DNA of 64,000 nt from Marsupella aquatica (GCA_973895155.1 OZ316897.1:23101455-23165454), one strand, 5' to 3'; positions 24,331 to 45,271 are shown, numbered from the stretch's first letter. A program made the numbers and translations. Notes: a model not told the origin generated them from the letters alone.

Positions 24331-24445
24331 CAACGAGTTGCATTCAGTCTTTCTAAACCTTAAGGGGCACTCCTGCTTTAGACGCCAGTCGTAAAGCTGG
24401 CCTGAAGGGCAAAGGCAAGGGAAACTGGAGTAAATCCGGAGTCTC

Positions 24446-27400
24446 TCATTCCACCATTTCACAGAAGAACGTCCCCAGAATAATTTTTCCAAACTGCCCA
24501 GCTCCATGGATCTCCTGCCTGCATGAGCAATCGATCATTTCATCATCAAGTCAGAGCTTGCTATTATCAAAAATGCATACTTCCCTTCTCCCTGAATGCT
24601 ACTTCACTTCCCCACGGAGTTCCCAAGTAATTTAGTACGCACCAAGGAGGATGTACACGAACAACTCTTCCAACTTCCAGCTGAAAGTCTCCGGTCATGT
24701 TCGAGGAGAATAAGACGTCAACGATGGTCAAGTTGTCCACACAGTCTACCGGCGTCACAGGTGCGTGACTAGCATCGTTCCATTCCTGTTCAATATTAAA
24801 ACTCAACACCCTTGAGGTTGACTCTAGAGGCAAACTATGCGTTGTCAGAGATTCCATTCCTGTTCAATATTAAAACTCAACACCCTTGAGGTTGACTCTA
24901 GAGGCAAACTATGCGTTGTCAGAGAATCAAACCTCGTACTTGGGTATTGTTTATAAAGTTTGTAAATCATTTGCAGACTCTCTATTTCATTTCTTCCAAT
25001 TAGAGATTCTTAAACTAAAAATTCAGGAAGTTGCAAAATGTTGCATATACAGAGCTTGACCGTAATCAGGCCTTTCAGTCGCAACTCTAATGTGAAATGA
25101 TTAGGAAACGTGGCCAATCTGTTTAGCCTAATTTTCAGAACTATGTTTTACCGCCACTATTGATATAAGAAGATACAGGATCAAAGTGGCTGCAACTGTC
25201 TGATTATTGTCTCTGTTAACATTGGTTTTAAGATCTAATCCGTTAGTTTATAACTTGGAAAAACTTGAGATCTCAAAAGAGAAAAGCACTGTCTAATGTG
25301 GCATTCTGCATCAACAGAAAAAGGAATTCTCCACCAGGAACTTAGAAACGAAGCACAAACCGGCGGTGATTGCAGGACTTCACAATGACAAGCTATTACT
25401 TGTCCTTCCAAATATTTCCCCAATATCAGCACCTCTAAGCATCGTGAAAGTCCTGCTAAAATAAAATTACATGAACATTTGCTAAAAATCAGTTGAAATA
25501 CATCCTGCTTTATGATTGATGATTGCAAACGACTGAATTGAAAATAAAGCCTCACCTCTGCGACATTCAAAGATGCAAAGAATTGTTGAAAGGTAGGTCT
25601 TTAAAAAATATTTCTTTTGTTCATTGACATTATTGACATAAGAACAAACGTTTCGCGGCACTCGTCACGATATAGCTCAAAATCTTGAGTGACGTCGGAA
25701 GATGCTAGTACCACGCGATGACTGGCTCGACGTCAACAATTTCTGAAACTGTGTTTGCTCATCCGTTAACTCTTGCAAAGCATTTTGTAGTACTTTTGAG
25801 AAGCCTGACCTGTCTCACACAGCGTCACCAAACAACAAACCAACGATCTTAAACACGGAAAACATTCGTAGTGTAACTATCCGAGTCCCTCCTAAGATAC
25901 AAGTGCACATCCTTGTCCATATTCTTAAGTAAGGCACCAAGAATGAAAAATTCAGGAAAGGTTCCCGAAGTCCAAGAGAAAGCGAGTCAACAAATAAGGA
26001 GGACCTGATAAGTAGCCAACTCGACATTGAGTATAATCGTCAAGAATTGATGATCAATAACGAAAATCCCCATTCCCACCAGGATCCTAACCCACGGGAA
26101 CTAATGGGCATTCAAATTCTTCAGCCTTTCGACGGAGACTATCTACAAAACAGATGAAGAGTGTAGCCATGGGATCTTGTTGAAAGAAGTGAGAAAATTA
26201 CAGAGCCTCTTTGGAGTTGGGTCGATCTGTGCTGGCTGCATTTGTTTCACCAGGAGCATCCAATTCTAGACCTTCTTCAAATCGTTCCCATATCAAGGAC
26301 GTAGAGTTGACAGGAGGAGCTGAGGCATCCTGCTTTGGGGATTTCTTCCGTGGGAAAAGCATATTGGATAACCACTGACCAAAATGGACCAATTATACAG
26401 CTCAAAGTGCAAGCACCCAAGGAATCCAACTCATTCATCTTGCGGCCAATACTAGAAACACATTAATGGAATCATCTGAAATCGTGAGGATGTTAAGCAC
26501 TCCACTTTTCTAAGCATCAGGGTTTAACAACATTATTTTCTTGAACATTGATTTCAGATTATGATACAGCAAACAAATCCAGCAAGAAATAGGGGCACAG
26601 AGGGAAGTAGCATTGGTATTTGCTCCATCCAAAACTTCCACGATTGATGTTAACTTTCAAGAACTCCACCAGACAAAAGAATCAAAATGAGAACCTGAAG
26701 ATGACCGCTACGGCCGTAGTGTTCCACGATGTCGTCTTCAAGTGCTGACGGATCCCTTACATTGCTGGAAGCAGACGTCTTCTCGTGAGTGTGCTGCCTA
26801 CCGTCTAATTTGTTTCCCTGCATTTCTTGCACGCATCAGAGTCACATCAAATATTCCTCACCTAGACAGCATTGTTCCCTGTCAGATTTTGCCGGTAGTG
26901 TAACTCAATTACTCTCATGCCCGTAACTAGTCTCAATGCAGAAGAGCTTGCAGAAGTCACGCAACAACCAAACATTCAAACAAGGAATTCATCAAGTCGT
27001 GTGATATGATTCCCATGGTGTGGAATACTAATTGGGGAGCGAAGTGAGCAATCTGAAGATCAGAAAATTACTCTGAGGGGTTGGTGCGGGAGAAGAGTGG
27101 AAGGGCCAGCGGCTGGGGACTGTTGGACCAGTTCTTGAAGTCGAAGTGCTAGAGGAATACCTCTAGTTTCCAGACTCAGTTCACTGTTTTGAAATCTTGC
27201 CCGTATATAAGCGTCACTGTCACCTGTCTGTCCAATTGGCTCTTGGACCTGCTCAGCGGTGATACATTTTAGAGAACCATTAGTAGTAACACAACAAGGT
27301 AGATAAGGAAAGCGCGTTTACAGGAAAGCGCATCACTTTAGATGAGCCAAATCAGTTTATCAGAACTTGGAGCTCCTACGGCCAAAAATTCCCTCCCATG

Positions 27401-29372
27401 ACCCCGATTCTGCTTCAATTTCAATGGTCGCCACGTAAATTCTCAACTATTGATGAAAATTCGAAAGGTAATTTTGACGATCAAATGGCAATGAAATGTT
27501 GACTGGCAAGATGTGACCAAAATTTCTCTTTATAATATGATTCTCAGATATGTACTCATCATCAGGACACTCGAGGTAACACTCAAGCCTTCAGTAAAGT
27601 AATTGAAGCATTCAAAATCAAAACCCCTTGATATTAGATTCCTGAGGAGAGCATGCGTTGAAAACTAATCAGTGTGTGCCATTGAAATGTCACACTTCGA
27701 GGGTTTGGGTTCCTGTCTTGGACCAAGCTTATATAAACAAATAATAATGATAAAAATAATAGAGTATTACGGTGCATTTTCCTCATCAAGCAGAGTAGGC
27801 AAGTCTATCAAGCGACACACAACTGTGGGTGACATAATGTTATTTGTCAGGGTATGTAATAACTCCTGGGATGACAAATCAAGTCTGTAGATAAGATATT
27901 TACTCTGAGTTGCGGATGAGGAAGACAAGTTAATGGCGCCACATCCTGGGCCTGTTGGACCAGTTCCTGAAGTCGATGTGCTAGAGGAATACCTCTAGAT
28001 TCAATCTTAGAGTTACTGTTTTGAAACCTCTGGAATGGATAACCGTCGCTGTCAACTGTCTCTCCAATTAGCTCTTGGAGTTGCTGGGCCAAAGAGAGAG
28101 TTTTCTTTCCGAGTGGCTCGGGAATAGACACCCTGGAGTCGCTCGTCGAAAATGGCGTTGCTGTGAAGCAACGACAAAAACAGAAAAAGCAATAGTTCAG
28201 CAACATAAAACCCCCGACGATGTTCATGAGATGTCATGCGCTTGCCAGTCGGCGTCTCCCTTGATTGCACAGAAATAGAGCTACCTTTCCAGTTGGTTGA
28301 TGATAAAAGTTTTTCATTACAAATTAAAGCCATCCTTTCTTCTATCCGGTTCGCCTCTTGTTCGGAAGGAACCTCCAAGGCTGGGCCCAATGGGCGATGC
28401 CCACCTTCATCTCCTGCTGTTGAGCCTCTTGGTAACGCACCTAGAACAGCTGGCTCAATGCAATTTCTTGAATCCTGTCTCCACAAATATGTATATGGTA
28501 AATGTTGAACTGAAACCGAAGTAATCGTCGGCTACTTTGAGCTGCATTCAATATTGTCTGAGTGTGATTGCACCAGAAGTAGCAGCGGATACATTACTTT
28601 GGTTTAAGGGAATCTACTGTGAGACCTTTGCTACCTCTACACTACAGAGTCAATAAACTGGAGAAACTATTTACCAAACTGGTACCTGGAGTCCTCCACG
28701 AACCTCATCCTGCGAGTCCCTGATTTCATCTTCCGATTCATCCAGCCCTGTTAAACTCAAAATAAACAAGGAAATAGTTCCACGTCTGAATTGCCAGTGA
28801 CATAATTCAGTTTGTTACGAAAGCTCAGTTGAGTACTCCAGGTGAAAATTACGACCATGATTAGCACAAATCGTCATTTCTAGAAAAAAATTAAGGAGGA
28901 GTGCGAAAGCAGTATTAATTGAGAGTTTAGACAACTACCGGAGTGGCACTCTAGTATGAGCCCGTTTCAAATTTGATCATGCAGAGAATGACAGTAACCA
29001 CACAAACCAATGTCTTTCGTTTCATATTATGAGTTTCTGCACAATCTAAGCAAAATCCTGAACTCTTCACAGGGTAGGTCGTTGTCGACGGGAAAAATGG
29101 GCGAGATGTCCTACCGAAGGACTCTTGCTTCGTTAATGAGAAGCAAGAAGCTCCATCATCGTCATTTTTCGATGGGACAGTCTTTTGGCGTTTAGGGTCC
29201 AACTGTACATACAAAGAAAATATTAGAATAATCCTGACGTCCGAGAATCTCTTCCGGCTTTAGCACAGAATGCGTTACTTTATAAGATAATGACTGACAA
29301 CCTGTCACAGTGTTGTGGTGCGAGATATAGAGTGCAAATACTTACCCCACGGGGTCCAACCGAGGAGCTCAT
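24446..29372 (-). CDS. Multi-exon gene for an uncharacterised plant protein with a C-terminal SPIDR/DUF4502-like OB-fold region
   Basis: Exons with canonical splice sites (several junctions checked for phase): MSSSVGPRG | LDPKRQK.. | .. IWERFEEGL .. SGFSKVLQNALQELTDEQTQFQKLL .. | GLSRCLEVLILGKYLEGQVIACHCEV | ..VDVLFSSNMTGDFQLEVGRVVRVHPP | WQEIHGAGQFGKIILGTFFCEMVE* (stop 24446-24448). Start inferred. Confidence 0.7.
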
Positions 29373-29959
29373 GCGATCATCACCTCCGGCACCAGCACGA
29401 ACTTTCGAGGTGCAAACAATTAATCGGGAGTGCTTTCAAGACTTTCCAGACGAGGAACCACGACAACGGTCCCATAAACTACGGCATACTACTATTGTGC
29501 GTCGTACACTTGACAAGTTCCGACGCCTTCCGACGACTTCGCTGCACTCATTTCAGGGTTACGGAGGAGCATTTCGGGACGAGTTCGAGCCTGTTTCCAA
29601 CCACGTCCAGCCTCGCTTGAGTTCACGTGTACGGACTAGTAAAACAGCGGCAGCCAACTATCCGTCCCCAAGAATCGACCGACTCCCGCCGTTGAGGGAC
29701 GCTTTAAAGCAGGCTGAAGATGCCCCAAAAATTCGAAGTGTCAAAACCATACTTAACCTACCATCCCCTCTGCCCTCTCCGCCATTCTTAGTGCGCGACG
29801 AACTGACCCTTTTACCGCCTGTTGTTGCCCTTTACTAATTGCGTACTCCACTATCGCTCCTCTCGCATCTCCATGTTTCATGGGTTTGTTACTTCTGGGT
29901 TTACTTCTCGGGCATAATTTGTTTTCCGTGGATTTGTTTCTAGTGCGTTTGTGACCCAG

Positions 29960-30710
29960 AGAAGACCTAGACCAGTTCGAGCAGAAGGTCGAGAATAAAT
30001 TGATCCAGCAACGAACAATTTGAAGGCCTTCCTGGACAAGTTCGATCACAATAATTGATCGACCAGAGAAACAACTGAGGCCTTCCCGGACCGATTCGAG
30101 CAGAAATTCCTGGACTGGATCGACCAGAATTTCGACCAGTTGGACAAGTTCGATCACAATAAATTAATCGACCAGAGAAACAATTGAGGCCTTCCCGGAC
30201 CGATTCGAGCAGAAATTCCTGGACTGGATCGACCAGAAATTCGACCAGTTCGAGCAGAAGCTGATCCAGCAGAGAAACGATAGGGAGGCGAAGTGATGCA
30301 GTAAGAAGTAGGTTTCTTGAGAATTGCTCGACCCGATAGGTTCAGCGTCCTTCGGATCCACAAAGTGCTATGCTCCTCTCCCTATGACACTCGTTCCCCA
30401 GAAAGTAGGTTTATTTCCGCAAACTCCTAATGTTCATGGCGGGGGGCGGGGGGCGAATTCAAAGCTATTGCACTTGACTCGAATGTAAGAAGCATTGTGG
30501 ATGCTGCGGTGACGTAGCCTACAACCAACACTATCGAAGTTGGAAATGTTATTGTGCTCTTGCTGAAATGACTCAAAGCCTTCCTGGACCAGTTCGAGCC
30601 GATAAATTGATCGAGCAGAGAAACAATTTGAAGGCCTCCTGAACCAGTGTGAGCAGAAATTTTTGAACAGGATCGACCAAAAGATCGAGAAAATCAAGGC
30701 GGTCCGCAGC
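29960..30710 (+). repeat. Decayed coiled-coil-encoding repeats including a 108-bp tandem duplication
   Basis: Units start at 30033 and 30141. Translated pieces include LDQFEQK, KAFLDKFDH and FEQKFLDWIDQKFDQFEQKLIQQRND. A further diverged copy lies at ~30575-30700. Confidence 0.7.
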
Positions 30711-31635
30711 CACAACTAGCATCTAATGTATCATTTCATATGTAACTTACCTGCATAAGAGAGATTACAAAACCTCTGCCAAGTACTGGACGGAGGCGGA
30801 AGTAGAAGTGATGGAAAGCTGGAGGAACTTTAAACTTGTGCTGTGAACAGATTCTTCATCCCTCCCCTTACACGCTCACTTGACTTTAGAATACTAGATA
30901 CTTGAAGTCACCCTGGCAGCTACAATATGCAAGCTTTAGGGTCTCGAGCTTATGCATCTCGAGATTATTCAAATCAAGTTTGCACAACGGATTAGTGTGG
31001 AAGTGTCGTAGGATTGCTCAGACATAACTCAGGGTATGAAGTGTTTCCAGAATACAAGGGCCATCAATTTGAACTTGAAAAAGAAAAGTTGTAGGTGGCT
31101 TAACTCCACCGATTCCTCGCACTAGAAAAAATTCATGACAAAACTGCTAAAGGGTCAATGCCCTTTGACCTTACAGAAGGTCTTCATAGAGGATTAAATC
31201 GTGGCTCTCAGGCGGGTGACAAATGGTTTCACACAATTGTGAGCGATGTGGACAAAGCTCTGCTCAATGCGTTCACTAAGTCTCGCTCTCACAAATTAAG
31301 CGAAGTAGGTTCACAGGAAGTAAGGGAATTAACATGGGGCAGTATTTCCTAACAATCAAAGTAAGGATATCAGATCAAATGCAGAACTCGGGTCATTCCT
31401 CATGTACATATGTTTCATGAGTGCCCACCATTGTCCGAAAGAAGAAAGCCTTTAAATCTCAAGGTCAAGCTCTTACGGACCATGCACTCCCCATAGCAAA
31501 CTGGTGATCTGTACATGGTGGGCGTCTGCGTATATTGTACCTAGCTAATTCGCATGTCCCGTGCGTTGTTTGTAAGAACTGAAGAAATACGCTTCGGGTT
31601 CTTGCGCATGGTACCGTTCGCATTCTGCAGCATTT

Positions 31636-39469
<7,834 letters not shown>

Positions 39470-40519
39470 GCTGAGGAACTTTTCAAACCTCTCGACTGAT
39501 TCCTCAAAACGACTCCCAGCGTTGAGAGCTCTGACCCCGAACTCGTTCAGTAGGCACCTTGTGGTCACACTGGTGCCTGACAATACTGCACAAGACGACT
39601 CCGGTAGTGCCAAGAGGAACCGGTGCAATGTGGCGGAGCCAGCATTGTTATTATTGCAACAACGTACGCGCTTGCGAAAACGGAAATGCTCCTTCGAACT
39701 TCCGCAATGCAAGAAAGCTTTGTGCTACGACTGTACTCAGTGAGACGAGCGGGCTCAGCTGATCAGCAACTTCCAGTGCTAAATAACGACATTCACTCTT
39801 GGGAACTCCCCCACCCATTGGGCCCATCTTTTCCCGTCTGTGTGGAAAGCTTACGAAAGTGTCTCGCAGAAGAGAAGCTCGGATGGATCACATTGTTTAA
39901 ATGAGGACCCAAGATAGACCGCCGTAACTTGAATGGACTATACTGAAACATTATTTCAGCTCAGATAGCATATTTTCTCTACGATTTCACTGCCAAAAGG
40001 TTTTGGCCCATATAAGCATCAACTTAGTTTCTCTGTTCACTTCGACACTCTTCAGACCAAAGAAAAGGTAAGCAGTTCTATCATGACAGTTCCAAGTGAT
40101 GATGATTGAAAGACACATCTCTCTATGCTATCTTGAGTTGAAAATCAAGTTTAAGTACAATCTATTTATTATGACCCCCATGAAAGGTCCCCGGCAAATT
40201 CCCTGCCATGAGATTGCGCCACATAAGCACAACTAGCCATAAACACGAAAGATCTTATTTTTAATAGTAACAAAAGCGCACATTCATGTTTGTGGCAAAA
40301 GCAACATAATTTTTGGGGCACCATGCCATAAGTATTAAGCATGAAAAAAATCATAATACGAAGGAAAAGATGTCATTTAATAAAATAAAGTTACCATTGT
40401 AATGTTTGTCAATGATATATAAGTGTTTTATATAGAAATGTTTGTATGTTTTAATTGTTTGTAAGTTTGAAAAAATCAATCAATAAAATTGTACATAGTT
40501 AGAACCCCTTTGGCTCCAC

Positions 40520-41010
40520 ATTGTAAAACTAAAAATAATCAATCTCCTTAGTACTTGATGAAGTCTATTAATGTTCGATTCATTGGAAAGCTCAAGATAA
40601 AGATTTAGAAACTCATGACCTCTTTAGTACTGTCTTGATAAAATTTCTCAATGTCACACTCATTGGAAAGCTAAAGTAAAATTAAAAACTCATCATTTCC
40701 TTAGTACTTGACAAAATCTAGTAATAATTCATTGGAAAGCTAGAGAAATTTGGATATTCATGATCTCTCTAATTCTTGACAAATATTCCCAATGTCACAT
40801 ATTAGAAAGCTAGAGAGATTGAAAAGTTCATGATCTCTTTAGTATCATGACAAGATCTTACATGAAATTTGTCAATGTTGGAAAACTAAAAGAATTCATG
40901 AACTCGTGATAAAACATTCTTATTGTCACACTCATCGGAAAGATAGAGAAATTCAAAAACTCATTTGGAACTTGATAAAATTTGTCAATCCGAGGCTCTT
41001 TGGAAACCCT
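40520..41010 (+). repeat. Degenerate ~65-70-bp repeats from a leucine-rich-repeat coding relic
   Basis: Recurring cattggaaagcta..aaactcatgatctc..agtacttgac units translate as IGKLEKLxTHDLxxxLxKxxNV, which is LRR-like, with many stops and indels. Confidence 0.55.
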
Positions 41011-43202
41011 TTCTTGATTAAGAGATGTCACAATCTCGTTACCGTCACAAACTTAGCCACTGCAAATTGATCTCTTTGATTACGTCGCCATCATTTTTCC
41101 GTCACGCTTGCTTCCCGGCTTGAATTATTCGCATCCCTCCTGTCTTCAATTAAAGCTCACTCTGAACATAGGTTGACGCCAAATGCAGCCTCTATGTCGA
41201 AGAAACAATCGTTGGTCTCCCCCTCACACCATAGCTCTCTTAAATCAAAAAAACTTAAAAAACATTTTTGTGAAGTGATGGCTCGTCCGTTTTGTGCGAT
41301 CTTCCCACCAAAACGAGAAGCGCTCTTTCACCAACAGTTGAGGGTTGTCCTCTAGTTTGTCTTGTGGCGGTAATGCTCAATGTAACTCACAAACAATCAA
41401 TCAGGAATGGAAGAAACATGATTTCTCCGATGTGTAAGCAAAAACCGTCAAAAAACTCAATTTCTTCACATTCAATCTTCCATTTGATAAACCAGAGTTC
41501 ATTTCAACAGATCGATCTCCTCCATCTTTTGAGCGTTCTCTTTTGTACAAGCACACACCAAGACCACCGGGAGACTCAAAATCATCAGTTACCGCCTTGC
41601 TGGAAATTTCAGTCACAAAACCCTCCGTGGTGCCCGATGTTGCACATGTGAAGTCGCTCCTTAGCGAGTTGGCAATGGCAAGCAGGAAGGGTTTATGAAA
41701 GGAAGAGTTGTGGAGTTTCCAGTTCTCAATGTTCGATAGATGATGCGGAACCCTCCACCAAGCTCTCCAAGGTCCACTCACTAACATTCGACACAACGTT
41801 CTTTCGCAAAGCACAATGGGGCGCAAACACATGGGGCACGGACACTCGATAGTTCCCTTCACAAAAACCCACTTTTCTATGAGAAAGCACACTCACCCTA
41901 ACCCAAGACTTAGTGCAAGCAGGCATGTAAACAATAATACAGGGCCCGTTTCTGTTGAGGTGAGCCGTTGAGTTTGATAAGTTTGCAAAAGAGTCTTGAT
42001 GTAGGGGAACTATGTGGACTTAATTAGGCAACAAAGGTACCAATTTGGATGAGGGTTAGGGATAACTTTAAATAAATCCCTTTGGTGACAAAGATGAGGC
42101 CACTTAATCAGTTGTGCCCCACTCACCCCCCCTGCGCCTCGTGGAATTACCATTATCAAAAGTACCCATGATTTAGACTAAAACCAATGACCTGCTAGAG
42201 TGTTGACTGTGGCAATTAGTGCCCCTAACTGAAATAAAAGGACACTAGTTGACAATTTGGAATATATCATGACATGGAAAGTGGACCTAGGGTTATAGTG
42301 ATGCATTAGTTACGGTTTAGAAGTTAAAGTTGTTGTAAAGTATTGCTTGGCATTAGAAACCACCCTAAGCCTTCAATACTTCAGGCTCAAGCCTTCAATA
42401 CTTCAGGCTCTTTGAGGTAGCATACGTGGTCAAGTACAGTTGTACCCTAAGTTATGAAAAGTACCCGTTACATGGATCTTTACGGGGCAATCTTAGTTAA
42501 CGTTGGTGATACAAGGCATGTTCCCTAAGCACTTAGGCCAAAAAGTAGCATGTCGTAAGGTCCTTCTGAAGCATACTCTTATCATGAACCCTTGTAAGAC
42601 TTTGTATTATCCTAGTCTTTGTGTGGACCTTTACCCTGGATTCCAAGAAAAAACCCAGGAAGGGGTTCAAGAGGATTCGGGACTGGCCAGGAAATAAAGA
42701 GGAACATGCATCATTTGGCCCCTTTTGGAGCCGTAATGTGACAAGTTTATGTGTCGGGCAACACATAAACTTGCTAGTTAGTTCAAACTGAGGAGAAAGA
42801 GGCTCGCAGGGTGAGTTAAAAAAGGAAAACAAGGGTAAAGAAAAAAGTAAATAAAAGAGAAAATAATAATATTAAGTTGACAAAAATGAAAGAAAGAATG
42901 TGGAGGAAAATAGGAGAATGGGCAAGAAAAAAGGAGAGCCTTTTGCTTTTTTGAAGGGTCGGGGCACTTTTTCATGATAAGAAACTTTTGCTAGCCTAAA
43001 ATATTTGCATTTTTTTTGCCATTAGAAGTTTTAACCCAATAATCTTGCCAAAGTGTTCTGCCCAATTTTGCCACATATCTTGCCACAAGTGCTCAATTCT
43101 CTCTTACTACCCATATGCACAATGCCCCTCGATGTTTGAAGTGACTTCTACAACATTCACTATGATAGATTTCACAGAATGACAACACGACTAGACAGAT
43201 AA

Positions 43203-44690
43203 TCTTACTATATAATTGCAAACAAAAGAGGGCTATGGTCTAGAGTGAAGCCTCTAGACTGTAACTCAAATAAGGACAAAATGTATAATGACTTTGAATA
43301 AGACATTCTAAAAGGTACAAAAAATAGGCATGCAAAGATAATGAAAAAGAGTATTTTTATTTTTATTTTTTTGTTTTCAATTCTATTTACTTTCAAGGAA
43401 CGGATAGTCAGGCTAGTGGTTTTTAATACTACAATCATCAAGTAATATAACATGGAATCCTGCCAAAATAGTGTTGGAGGTATAGGGATGACATTGTTTT
43501 TTGTTTTTAGTTTGGGTTTCCAGTCAAATTCACAGGCCAAGTTCGACCCTTGCCCACCCCTTCCCCAACTTTCATGTTTTTCTAAAGTAAGGTGCGAGGT
43601 GACGTCAACATTTTTTTCCCCATTTGTGAGTGTAGGCAAATTGTTGTGGCAAGGTGATTCAACCTTGCACAATGTTTCTTTTGACCCTCATTTAAATTTT
43701 ACTTATCTTTGTCGACCATTTTATTTTCTTTGCATCACCCAACATATTTTTATTTTTTGCTACAAAAGATTTTTTTTCCTTCCCTGTGGAATTAGTTTTC
43801 CTTGCACCGGCCACTTTTGGTTGACAATCTTTTGTGTCAACCAAAACATCCACGTTGACAATAGCTTGCATCCCATTTATTTGAGTGATTATTTTCTTTC
43901 TTGAGGAGAGGGAGTGGGACGAGTGAGAGTGGGATGGAGAGAAGAACTATGGGAAAAGGAGTCATGACAAGAGGGACCCTTGTTTTCTGCCTCAGTCTTT
44001 GCTTGCACCTTGTGCCCATTTGCTTTCCCTTGCGCCTCGCCCACGGCCTCCTTCACCTAGGGAGGAGGAGGAAAAAAGTGTTGCATGACCTTCCTTGGAC
44101 CCCACTATCAGTGTCGCCTGCTTGCACAAATCTCTTCACCTTGCCTCCATGATATTTTTTTCTTCAATGACTATCTCCACAACATCTTTTGCACAATGAC
44201 ATCTTCTCCGCGAAAGGCATCTTTCGTGCAAAATCTGTTTCATTAACACAATGACACCTTTTTGACATGGTATCTTCTACGCAACTACATATTTTCTACG
44301 ACGATTTCTTATATGCAATGAAAGCTTTTATGCAATGCATGGGTATTGAACATGGCCACAACAACTGTATGGCCGGGATGACACATAACTTGTCTCAAGA
44401 ACTATCTTGAGAAGTCTATCTTTTTTTGCCTCGCCTCCACATCTTTGCCTTGCATTGACATTTTCTCTCGCTTTGACATATATTTCTCACTGTGACATCT
44501 TTATCTCACCTTGACATTTTTTTCTCACCTCTACATCATTTATGTGGTTGACATCTTTTTTTTCTTGACATCTTTTCCTCACCTCTACATATTTTCTTTT
44601 CTCTATCTTTCTCTCAACTCAACATCTTGTTTTATTCTCGACATCTTTTCTCACTTCAGCAATCTGTGCAACGCAGGTGCGCTGGGCTAG
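43203..44690 (+). mobile_element. Non-autonomous Helitron
   Basis: 5' A|TCTTACTATATAAT and 3' ctgtgcaacgcaggtgcgctgggCTAG|T (subterminal hairpin plus CTAG, A|T target, no TSD). Related copy at ~55890-56775. Confidence 0.7.
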
Positions 44691-44814
44691 TAGCCTGGAA
44701 AGCCGTTTTGAAAAATCATCATCCTATACACTACTTTGGGGCACACCCATAGGTTAGAATGTGGCTCCGATGTCAATAGACACGGCCTAGGCCTCATCTC
44801 TACCCTCCCGTGGT

Positions 44815-45038
44815 TGGGCTACTGTAGTTAACTCGAAATTGCACTTCACGGATGGGCCAAAGCAACAATACACACTTCTGAGCTCGCAGTTGAGATCACC
44901 ACTGATAAAACTCGGGTTTAAGAGTAAGTAGAAGTTATTTTGTCCAGACAGAAACGTTTCCGCAAGGGGTCCAGGACCGGCAGAAACCCTAGACTATCGG
45001 GTGGTCCGGCCACAAGGAGGGACCAGAACAAACCCTAA
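44815..45038 (+). promoter_or_regulatory. Site II and telo-box motifs of the RPS6 promoter
   Basis: TGGGCT (~44815), TGGGCC (~44853), AAACCCTAG (~44984) and AAACCCTAA (~45030). This combination is known for plant ribosomal-protein promoters. Confidence 0.6.
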
Positions 45039-45271
45039 ACAATTTGGGGGCCGGCGGGAGCTTCACGAAGTCTTTTTGCTTCTGTGTTGGTGTGTGAGCA
45101 CGGTCACGGTCTCTCGTTGTGCTCTCCCCTTGCTCAGCCTTACGGAGCGCTCGTTTGATCCGTCAACTCGTTCGCAACCATAGTAATTGGTTGAATCGTT
45201 TTGTGGAAGCTTTGCGCAGCAGTCTGCTCAGCTCCGTTTAGGAAACTCTCCTCGTCGTTCAAGGCGAAGGA

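Noticed and set aside
29290-29838. 182-aa plus-strand ORF
   Set aside because: No recognisable motif. It overlaps the GC-rich first exon and promoter of the minus-strand gene, so it is likely a shadow ORF.
39470-39712. N-terminal extension of TBCD suggested by ORF 39254-39712
   Set aside because: The extension does not resemble TBCD. The ATG at 39469 (MDYVEEDE) fits the expected acidic N-terminus.
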